IMG/VR virus record: IMGVR_UViG_3300036466_000576
Strand: one strand, 5' to 3'
Source: an uncultured virus (IMG/VR IMGVR_UViG_3300036466_000576)
Lineage: Duplodnaviria > Heunggongvirae > Uroviricota > Caudoviricetes
Length of the DNA stretch: 64,000 bases
Shown here: one piece after another, positions 10,643-18,200 of the stretch
How the letters are laid out: the number at the start of each line of letters is the position of its first letter
Position numbering within the stretch: position 1 is the stretch's first letter
Notes under the pieces: generated by a model
What the model was told of the DNA's origin: nothing
The model's database searches: none
Seen by the model: only the letters and a program-made list of their open reading frames with translations
Program-made: the position numbers and the translations under genes

Positions 10643-10729
10643 AAGACAGTATTAAATTGTCCAACACCACCGTCTAAGGGTGGTTGTCATTTTAGTTTTT
10701 ATAAGAATTTTATTTGCTGTTACTGTCTT
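10643..10729 (-). ncRNA. ACAGCAA hairpin RNA B with anticodon-like stem-loop (TAG)
   Basis: AAGACAGTA-ACAGCAA...ACCACC CTTAGAC GGTGGT...TACTGTCTT. Confidence 0.65.
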
Positions 10730-10768
10730 AACATATTCCAGTTTTTTTAGTTGGTTTTCTGGAAAAAA

Positions 10769-10839
10769 TGGAGAGGGTGATAGGATTTGAACCTATATTA
10801 TGCAGTTAGAAGCCACATTTTTGTTTAAATTACACCCTC
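10769..10839 (-). tRNA. tRNA-Arg(TCT), reduced D arm
   Basis: Acceptor GAGGGTG/CACCCTC, loop CTTCTAA, GGTTCAAATCC, CCA. Confidence 0.65.
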
Positions 10840-10846
10840 TTAAAAT

Positions 10847-10920
10847 TGGCAAGAGGAGAAGGACTTGAACCCAATCCAAAGATCAACAGTCTTTTGTTTT
10901 AACCATTAAGCTATCCCTAC
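10847..10920 (-). tRNA. tRNA-Asn(GTT), degenerate (possible pseudo-tRNA)
   Basis: AAAGA CTGTTGA TCTTT; mismatched acceptor and T stems; CCA. Confidence 0.55.
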
Positions 10921-10928
10921 ATTAAATT

Positions 10929-11004
10929 TGGCTACCGAAGTAGGATTCGAACCTACACTTACAAGGATCAAAACCTTGTGTGTTACCAATTACACTATTC
11001 GGTA
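10929..11004 (-). tRNA. tRNA-Gln(TTG)
   Basis: Full cloverleaf, CAAGG TTTTGAT CCTTG, CCA. Confidence 0.92.
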
Positions 11005-11013
11005 TTAAAAACT

Positions 11014-11174
11014 AATCAATAATAGATAGAGATTTGCACTCTACAACAGCATTTACAATGACTGCTTTTTTGAGTGTAGCTTCTAAAAAGATAGGCTCGC
11101 AGTCAGGTGTTTGGGATTGACCAGTAGCTTACCACCTGCAAATAGTGTTACCTATTCCACCACCATTATTGATT
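11014..11174 (-). ncRNA. tRNA-like RNA with large structured insert replacing the anticodon arm
   Basis: 12-bp acceptor-like stem, D arm GTGGAATAGGTAACAC, T arm GTAGAG TGCAAAT CTCTAT, no CCA. Confidence 0.7.
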
Positions 11175-11190
11175 TAAATTAAAAAAATAT

Positions 11191-11302
11191 ACTAAATTGC
11201 CTGAATATCTAGCCCTAATTATTTATTCTTCGCAAAGGCAACGACCTTTATTTTCAAGCTAGTCATATAGTCCAGCACTTCGAATATTCATGACAATTTA
11301 GT
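11191..11302 (-). ncRNA. Putative structured RNA (long closing stem)
   Basis: ACTAAATTG..TGAATAT / ATATTCA..CAATTTAGT inverted repeats enclosing internal hairpins, within the RNA array. Confidence 0.4.
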
Positions 11303-11456
11303 TAAGATTTTTTGATTTCTTATTGTTTAAAACTAAATTTTTAATTTTAATAAAACATTTATTATTTTTGTCAATTCTTTGTGAAGGAGTTAATTGGCTA
11401 TACTTATTATTTTTCAAAAAATTCTTTGCTCGTTCTTTATAATTTGGCTCAACCAT
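11298..11456 (-). CDS. Small basic hypothetical protein (52 aa)
   Basis: MVEPNYKERAKNFL..., RBS AAGGAGGG; below ORF-track cutoff. Confidence 0.5.
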   Translation of the reverse strand: MVEPNYKERAKNFLKNNKYSQLTPSQRIDKNNKCFIKIKNLVLNNKKSKNLN

Positions 11457-11474
11457 AACAACCCTCCTTCTTAA

Positions 11475-11616
11475 TTAAAACAATAGGTAAGGATTTGCAC
11501 CCTACATGATTTCACTTATCTTTTCAGGAGCTTCTGAAGAACCCTACTTGCACAGGGGTTCGCTTACTCTCTCGCCCATTGGCTAGTGTTTACCTATTCC
11601 ACCACTATTGTTTTAA
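11475..11616 (-). ncRNA. tRNA-like RNA with large insert (paralog of 11014-11174)
   Basis: 12-bp acceptor-like stem, D arm GTGGAATAGGTAAACAC, T arm GTAGGG TGCAAAT CCTTAC, no CCA. Confidence 0.7.
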
Positions 11617-11727
11617 AAAATATAAAAAAACATTTTCTCACGAATTAAAGTGAGAGATATAATATACAGGAGATAGTTTTCTCCCTTCCTACTATCTGTT
11701 CAACAGGAACGGATTTATTAGTCAAAA

Positions 11728-11802
11728 TGGTCTAAGTGGCAGGACTTGAACCTGCATAAACACGATCCCAAATCGTGTCGCTAACCATTAGCGTACACTT
11801 AG
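11728..11802 (-). tRNA. tRNA-Pro(TGG)
   Basis: CACGA TTTGGGA TCGTG, full cloverleaf, CCA. Confidence 0.9.
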
Positions 11803-11809
11803 AAAAAAA

Positions 11810-11885
11810 TGGCTGTCCAGGCTGGACTTGAACCAACAACCCTTTGATTAACAGTCAATTGCTCCACCAATTGAGCTACTGGACA
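11810..11885 (-). tRNA. tRNA-Asn(GTT)
   Basis: TTGA CTGTTAA TCAA, full cloverleaf, CCA. Confidence 0.92.
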
Positions 11886-11893
11886 GTAAAAAT

Positions 11894-12121
11894 TTAAATT
11901 GATAAATCAACCATTCTTACAGTTTGTCTAATCTCAACAATATTATCTTTACCAAATTCATTGTTGATCTGTTTAATTGCTTTAGAACGGTCTTTATCTG
12001 CAATAACCAATTCTCTTTCTTCAGTTAAGTTATTAAAATCTCTTTTCTTTAGTTTTACATTCCAAATTCTATAACCCTTTTTATCACAGGGTACCTCTTT
12101 AGAGGTTCTAATTATAGCCAT
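11894..12121 (-). CDS. Hypothetical protein inside tRNA array
   Basis: 75 aa, RBS AGGAGG. Confidence 0.65.
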   Translation of the reverse strand: MAIIRTSKEVPCDKKGYRIWNVKLKKRDFNNLTEERELVIADKDRSKAIKQINNEFGKDNIVEIRQTVRMVDLSI

Positions 12122-12155
12122 TATTGTATCCTCCTAGTGTATTTTTTTAAAAAAA

Positions 12156-12241
12156 TGGAGAAAGAGAAGGGATTTGAACTCTTGTACCTTTCGGCAAATA
12201 GGTTAGCAACCTATCTTCTTAAACCACTCGAACACTCTTCC
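12156..12241 (-). tRNA. tRNA-Ser(GCT)
   Basis: ATAGG TTGCTAA CCTAT, long variable arm, CCA. Confidence 0.85.
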
Positions 12242-12250
12242 TTTAAATTT

Positions 12251-12327
12251 TGGGAGTAGGGGTTGGATTTGAACCAACGACCTTCTGAGAATGAGTCAGA
12301 CAAACTAGACCACTATTCCACCCTGCA
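12251..12327 (-). tRNA. tRNA with CAT anticodon (Met/fMet-like), imperfect acceptor stem
   Basis: TCTGA CTCATTC TCAGA, GGTTCAAATCC, CCA. Confidence 0.75.
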
Positions 12328-12344
12328 TATTATTAAAAAATTAT

Positions 12345-12436
12345 TGGCAGAAGGAGAGGGATTCGAACCCCCGATACCCATTAGGGTATAACAGATTTCA
12401 AATCTGTCTTCTTTAACCAGACTCGAACATCCTTCT
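12345..12436 (-). tRNA. tRNA-Ser(TGA)
   Basis: ACAGA TTTGAAA TCTGT, long variable arm, G73, CCA. Confidence 0.92.
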
Positions 12437-12440
12437 GTAT

Positions 12441-12515
12441 TGGCGAAGGTAAAGAGAATCGAACTCTTATCTTATGCTTGACAAGCATATATGCTAACCT
12501 TTACACCATACCTCC
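12441..12515 (-). tRNA. tRNA-Asp(GTC)
   Basis: TATGC TTGTCAA GCATA, CCA. Confidence 0.9.
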
Positions 12516-12516
12516 A

Positions 12517-12604
12517 TGGTGGAAGGGGTAGGATTTGAACCTACGATGTTTCTTCATGTGGCAGATTTACAGTCTGCTGCCTTCAACCACTCGACCACCC
12601 TTCC
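12517..12604 (-). tRNA. tRNA-Tyr(GTA)
   Basis: GCAGA CTGTAAA TCTGC, long variable arm, CCA. Confidence 0.93.
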
Positions 12605-12612
12605 ATAAAAAC

Positions 12613-12726
12613 AACAGCAGGCAGGTCGGCGTATCCTGCATCTCTTTTTCTAACCACTAATTATGGTGTATCATTTTTTAACATAATAAATGGTAGTGAT
12701 AGTTGCCTGTTCTATCCTCTGCTGTT
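12613..12726 (-). ncRNA. Divergent tRNA-like RNA
   Basis: AACAGCAG/CTGCTGTT closing stem; D-like GATAG AACAGGCAA CTATC; T-like GCAGG ATACGCCGA CCTGC stacked on the acceptor strand. Confidence 0.5.
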
Positions 12727-12872
12727 ATCAAAGCATAAAAAATATTCGTACGAGTGGACAATATTCTCTTTTTTTATTTCTCCGTTGCCCTCGGGGAAAA
12801 ATATACCCACTATTTCTACTAATCTTCTAAGTAGGAACTTAGAGCTTCAATTTAGCAGATAACATATTTTTT

Positions 12873-12956
12873 TGGAACGAGCGTAAGGGATTGGCTACCC
12901 TTTCCTCTCAGCATACGGCTGGATTATCACTTAACTAGTATCGCTTTAACGCTCGC
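12873..12956 (-). ncRNA. Atypical CCA-ended tRNA-like RNA
   Basis: Acceptor GCGAGCG/CGCTCGT-T-CCA, T arm AAGGG TAGCCAAT CCCTT, hairpin CAGC CGTAT GCTG. Confidence 0.6.
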
Positions 12957-13001
12957 TTATTGTTTTCCACATAATTTGTATTTTGTTTGTGGAATTAAAA
13001 A

Positions 13002-13061
13002 TGGAGCAAGCGAAAGGATTGATTACCTTCTCTTAGCTAGCATTAAAGTTTTTACGCTTGC
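13002..13061 (-). ncRNA. 60-nt CCA-ended minimal tRNA-like RNA
   Basis: Acceptor GCAAGCG/CGCTTGC-T-CCA, T arm AAGG TAATCAAT CCTT, no clear D or anticodon arm. Confidence 0.6.
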
Positions 13062-13068
13062 TTAAATT

Positions 13069-13144
13069 TGGAGCAGAGAGAAGGACTTGAACCCACAACT
13101 GGTTGCTTACAAGGCAACTATTCTTCCAATTGAATTACCTCTGC
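13069..13144 (-). tRNA. tRNA-Thr(TGT)
   Basis: GTTGC CTTGTAA GCAAC, CCA. Confidence 0.88.
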
Positions 13145-13147
13145 TTA

Positions 13148-13224
13148 TGGTACAGGGAAGAGGGATTGAACCTCTAAATTTACGAGCTTAAATCGTATGC
13201 CTATTCCAGTTCGGCTATCCCTGC
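13148..13224 (-). tRNA. tRNA-Leu(TAA) with short variable loop
   Basis: TACGA TTTAAGC TCGTA, A73, CCA. Confidence 0.85.
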
Positions 13225-13238
13225 AAAAACTTAAAATT

Positions 13239-13395
13239 TGGTTATAGGGGTGGGTTTCGAACCCACGAATTAACTGGTGCTTTTATCTAGAATTTATCGC
13301 AGTCAGTCTTTAAACTCTCACTTTTTATTTTCAAAGTTAATTAGACTTTTACTTATAAAAAGCTTCAGTAATTATTTCTTCCCGTATTCCCTACA
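13239..13395 (-). ncRNA. 157-nt tmRNA-like/tRNA-like RNA ending ACCA
   Basis: TGTAGGG/CCCTATA-A-CCA acceptor, canonical T arm GTGGG TTCGAAA CCCAC, stemless D region, long helix in place of anticodon arm. Confidence 0.6.
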
Positions 13396-13554
13396 TTACA
13401 ATCTATTTAAAATCTTCCTTTTTAGAAACGGTATTATCTTTGGTTATTATTTTAATATCTTTTAATGACAATCTTTCTCCACATTCTGAACAAAAATCAT
13501 TTTTATTTATTTGAAAAGTATTCATACAAATACATCTTTTCAATTCTTTTACAT

Positions 13555-13583
13555 ATTATACCAATATTAATTATTCTTGTCAA
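13555..13583 (-). promoter_or_regulatory. Consensus promoter driving the tRNA/ncRNA/DUF2828 array
   Basis: TTGACA-17 nt-TATAAT with extended TG. Confidence 0.85.
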
Positions 13584-13655
13584 CCTTTTTTTGTAAAAAA
13601 ATATATAAAACCCCAATTTTAAATAAAAAAGGGGTTTGATTGTTTTTCTATTAGA

Positions 13656-14009
13656 CTATACTAATTTTTTTAAACTTTCTATTGCTTTTTCTTTTTGAAA
13701 TGGTTTTACTAAAAAATCTTTGGCTCCACTTTTCACAGCGTCAACAACCATTTTCTTTTGTCCCATTGCACTACACATTACAACTTTAGCATTTTTATCA
13801 TATTCAATAATTTCTTTAAGTGCTTCTAATCCATCTTTTACTGGCATTGTAATATCTAATGTAACTAAATCTGGATTTAATTTTTTATACAATTCTACAG
13901 CTTCTTCTCCATTTTCAGCTTCTCCAACAATTTCAAAATCTTCCTTTAGGATATTTGTTAAATTTAGTCTCATAAATCTTGCATCATCAACAATCAATAT
14001 TTTATTCAT
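13656..14009 (-). CDS. cheY: Stand-alone response regulator, CheY-like
   Basis: ILIVDDARFMR, LDITMP..DG, CSAMGQ, GAKDFLVKPF. Confidence 0.88.
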   Translation of the reverse strand: MNKILIVDDARFMRLNLTNILKEDFEIVGEAENGEEAVELYKKLNPDLVTLDITMPVKDGLEALKEIIEYDKNAKVVMCSAMGQKKMVVDAVKSGAKDFLVKPFQKEKAIESLKKLV

Positions 14010-14026
14010 TATTATAACTCCTCCAT

Positions 14027-14503
14027 TTAATAAATTTGCCTATCGCTTATATTAACATAATTAAGGTTTTTTGGAAAGAAAACCAACATCTTTATTTTTT
14101 CATCATACAATCCAACAGAATTGCTGTATTCAATATACTCGTTTCCATTCTTTTTATTATATATGCCAAGTAAAACCATATCTTCATCATTATAATACAA
14201 TTTGATTTTTAAAGCATTGTTTTTATGTTTTTTTTTATATCTATTTATAAAAGCAATCAGTTCACTATCATTTAAATAATTAAAATCCTCATTTTTTTTC
14301 AAAAGTAAAGATATTTCTTTTTGTTCTAGATCTGATATTGAAAAATTATTCTGAGATAATTCTTCATACAATAAGAAGAAATCTTTTTCAGATAAATATT
14401 TTAATTTAACTTCTTCTCCTTTATTAGAAGCATAAAAAGAAAATAATAATAATAGAGTAAAGATAATTATTATTAAAACATTAATTAAATTATTTAATTT
14501 CAA
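14027..14503 (-). CDS. Hypothetical membrane-anchored protein
   Basis: 158 aa, N-terminal TM, RBS GGAGGTG. Confidence 0.65.
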   Translation of the reverse strand: MKLNNLINVLIIIIFTLLLLFSFYASNKGEEVKLKYLSEKDFFLLYEELSQNNFSISDLEQKEISLLLKKNEDFNYLNDSELIAFINRYKKKHKNNALKIKLYYNDEDMVLLGIYNKKNGNEYIEYSNSVGLYDEKIKMLVFFPKNLNYVNISDRQIY

Positions 14504-14727
14504 TCTAACACCTCCAAAATTTATAAATATGTGAATTTTATATAATATAATCCAGTTTTTCTATTTTTCTAATTTTCCTTATAATGACAATATAATACCA
14601 TAATTTACTATTTTTGTCAACAAAGACTTTATTCACATTTTACTTGTAAAAAAATAGAAATTATGTCATAATTATAATAAGAACATAAGTTTAAGACAAA
14701 AAGGTTTTAATAAAAAGGAGAATAACT

Positions 14728-15183
14728 ATGACTAAAAAATATCACAATAAAGAATTTGGAATAATTAAGATTCAAGATATTTCTAATAAAAGTGAACCAG
14801 AAATTAAATCACTAATTAACAAAAAAGCTAAAGCTCATTCTGATAATTATTTTTTAACTATGCCTATAAATTTAAAGGATAGAGCTGTTGCTGCAAGTGA
14901 AATGTCAACTCAGATGACTATTAAATTAAGGGATCAAATTTATTACAAAATGCATAAAAATTTTTTTGAAATTGAATTAGAAAAAGAACTTAAAAATTGT
15001 ATTCGTGATTTGAGCAACATTGTCAATAGATATTATAATAGTAGCACATTTAGAGAACAAAAAATTTTTAGTCCAGATATCTATAAATTGCAAAAAGAAA
15101 CGGAAAAAGCTAATCGTTTAATGCAAAATATTATACAATTGGAAAAAGAATTAGAAGAAAAAGAGAAAACCTTTTTAGGATAA
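14728..15183 (+). CDS. Hypothetical protein
   Basis: 151 aa, RBS AAGGAG. Confidence 0.7.
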   Translation: MTKKYHNKEFGIIKIQDISNKSEPEIKSLINKKAKAHSDNYFLTMPINLKDRAVAASEMSTQMTIKLRDQIYYKMHKNFFEIELEKELKNCIRDLSNIVNRYYNSSTFREQKIFSPDIYKLQKETEKANRLMQNIIQLEKELEEKEKTFLG

Positions 15184-15216
15184 ATTTATGATAATAATTT
15201 TAGGAGGAATATAAAA

Positions 15217-18200
15217 ATGTTAATTAATTATGTTGAAAAAAGAAATGGAAAAGTAGTTAAATTTGAAAAAAATAAAATTAAAAACGCAGTATATAATGCT
15301 TGTCAAACAACCAATACAGAAGTAGCTCAAAAAATTTCTAAAAGTATCACCAATAAGGTAATTGAACATTTAGAAGTTGAATTTAACGATAATAGTGAGG
15401 ATAATTGTCCGAATGTCGAGAAAATACAAAACTTAGTTGAAACTTTTCTTATGAAAGAAGGACACTACAAAATTGCAAAAGCATATATTATATATAGAGA
15501 AAAGCACAGTAAAATTAGAAACACTAAAAATGCTTTTGAGGATGCCCTTACTTCTATGAAAGGTTACCTTGATCAAATGGATTGGAGAGTTAATGAAAAC
15601 TCCAATATGTCCTATTCGCTTCAGGGTTTAAACAATTTTATTGTTGATGAGATTACTTCTGAACATTGGCTTCAAAATGTTTATTCTGATGAGATTGAAG
15701 AAGCTCATAAATCTGGAGATTTACACATTCATGATTTAGGCCTTTTAAGTGTGTACTGTTTTACTGGTGATACAAAAATTAAATTACTAGATGGTACAAC
15801 ACCAACTATTAAAGAATTAGCAGAAGGTAAAAAAGGCAAAGAGTTTTGGGTTTATTCTATTGATGATGACGGCAATATAGTTCCTGGTAAAGCCTATAAT
15901 GCTAGAAAAACAAGAATAAACGCTAACTTAGTAGAAGTTGAAATAGATACTGGTAAAAAAATAAGATGTACTCCAGATCATAAATTTATGATGAGAGACG
16001 GAAGTTATAAACAAGCTAAAAACTTACAGGAAAACGATAGCTTAATGCCTTTATATTCAAAACCCACCAATTCTGGATATGAAACGGTTTGGAACTTTAA
16101 AGGAAGAAATGGCTTTGAAAATTATGAATATACCCATAGATTAATAACAAATGCTAGAAAGGGAGAAGCAGTACATCATAAAAATGAAAATAAGAAAGAT
16201 AATAGACCTGAAAACCTAACTAAAATGAATGATAGTAAACACAGAAGTATGGAAATACAGAAAACTATGGATAAATCTGATATGTTAAATAAAAATGGAA
16301 AAAGACTTATAAAAATGAATAAACAAAAGTGGAAGAAAAAACAAATGAGTGATTTTGCTAAAAATCGCCCAAGAGATAAAAAGGGAAGATTTATTTCTAG
16401 AGGAAATAATCATAAAGTAGTTAATGTATCAAAATTAACTACAAAAGAAGATGTTTACGATATAGCAGTAAAAAAACACCATAATTTTGCTTTAGAAGCT
16501 GGCGTTTTTGTCCACAATTGTGTCGGCTGGGATTTAAAAGATCTTTTATTACAGGGCTTTAGAGGAGTTCCAACTAAAACAGAATCCAAACCACCAAAAC
16601 ACTTAAAGACAGCATTTGGACAAGTTGTAAATTTCTTCTATAGTTTGCAGGGTGAAGCGGCGGGAGCCCAAGCGTTAAGCAATTTTGATACTTATTTAGC
16701 TCCTTTTATTGCTTATGATAACCTTAGCTATAAAGAAGTTAAACAGGCTATGCAGGAATTTATTTTCAATATTAATGTACCTACTCGTGTTGGATTTCAA
16801 AGTCCTTTTACAAATATTACTATGGATTTGAAAGTTCCTAAACACATGAAAGAAGAATTTGTTATTATCGGTGGTGAATATCAAGAGAGACAGTATGGAG
16901 AATTTCAAGAAGAAATGGATATGCTTAATAAAGCGTTTGCTGAAGTAATGATGGCAGGAGACGCTAAGGGAAGAATGTTCCCTTTTCCTATTCCAACTTA
17001 TTCTGTAACAGAAGAATTTGATTGGAATAATGAAACACTCGATCCTGTTTGGGAAATGACTGCAAAGTATGGTATTCCATATTGGAATAACTTTATCAAC
17101 TCCGACATGGATCCTGAAGACACCAGATCGATGTGTCCCATAACTGGAGATACAAAAGTTCTTGTGAAAAGTGATAAGTATGGAACAAGTATTAGACCTA
17201 TTCAAAATGTTTATTCTAATGTCAAAAACAACAAAACAGAATATAAAGTGTTCGCTAATGGTAAATGGCATAAATCAACTGTTGAAGCATTTGAACCAGA
17301 AGAGATTTTAGAACTTACTTTTTCTAATGGGGATTCTATTAAAATGGATAGCAGACATCTTCAAATTGTTAGGACAAAAAAAGGTCCTATTAAAACATTA
17401 CAGGCAAAAGATATAAAAGAGGGAATGTATGTTCCCTATAATATTGATAAGGTAAACCAAGAAGAAGAATATAGTCAATATAATGCAGGATATGCTGTAG
17501 GAGCATATATTGGTGATGGTTCTAAAATGAGAACAAGCATTGTATATTCACTATCTAAAAAGAAAGTTGCATCAGGAATTTTAGAAAAACTTAAAAAATT
17601 CTTTATAACTTCTGGATATGAAACTGTAATATCACATAATGATAAAGAAGAAAATGTATCTCTTCGAATCAACAGTAGATCTAATTCTCCTATATCTTGG
17701 ATAGAAACATTTATTACAGGAGATAATGCACACAATAAACGACTAAACAATAAATTATTTTCCATGAGCACTTCATTTCTAAAAGGTGTTTTGCAGGGTT
17801 GGTATGAAACTGATGGAGGAAATAGAGGAAGAATATATACAGTATCTAAAGAACTAGTAGAAGATTTTAAAATACTATGCAACTTATTAGGTAGAGGATA
17901 CAATGTGTATGGCAAAGATAATAGAAAAGAAAGATATTCTGATAACACAGTTTATACTGCAAAATTTCACACAAGACCATCTTATGGGGATTGGTATTTT
18001 ACTGAAAATGGGTATATGTGGTTTAAAGTTGATAAAATTAGAAAAATACAAAACTCAACCTATCAAAAAGTATATTGTTTCCAGGTTGAATCTAATGACC
18101 ACTTGTTTACCACAGCTAATGGTTTAGTTACTCATAATTGCAGATTGAACATTGATAACAAAGAACTTCGAAAAAGAGGTGGAGGTCTTTTTGGTGCTAA

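Noticed and set aside
11014..11616. Group I intron-containing tRNAs
   Set aside because: Inserts of about 80-100 nt are too short for a group I core, no anticodon halves can be rebuilt, and there is no CCA
12251..12327. Definite initiator tRNA-fMet call
   Set aside because: Has a 1:72 mismatch but lacks the three G-C pairs in the anticodon stem, so identity (fMet/Met/Ile2) is unresolved
13277..13465. 62-aa plus-strand ORF
   Set aside because: Antisense to the tmRNA-like RNA and the array promoter; no RBS
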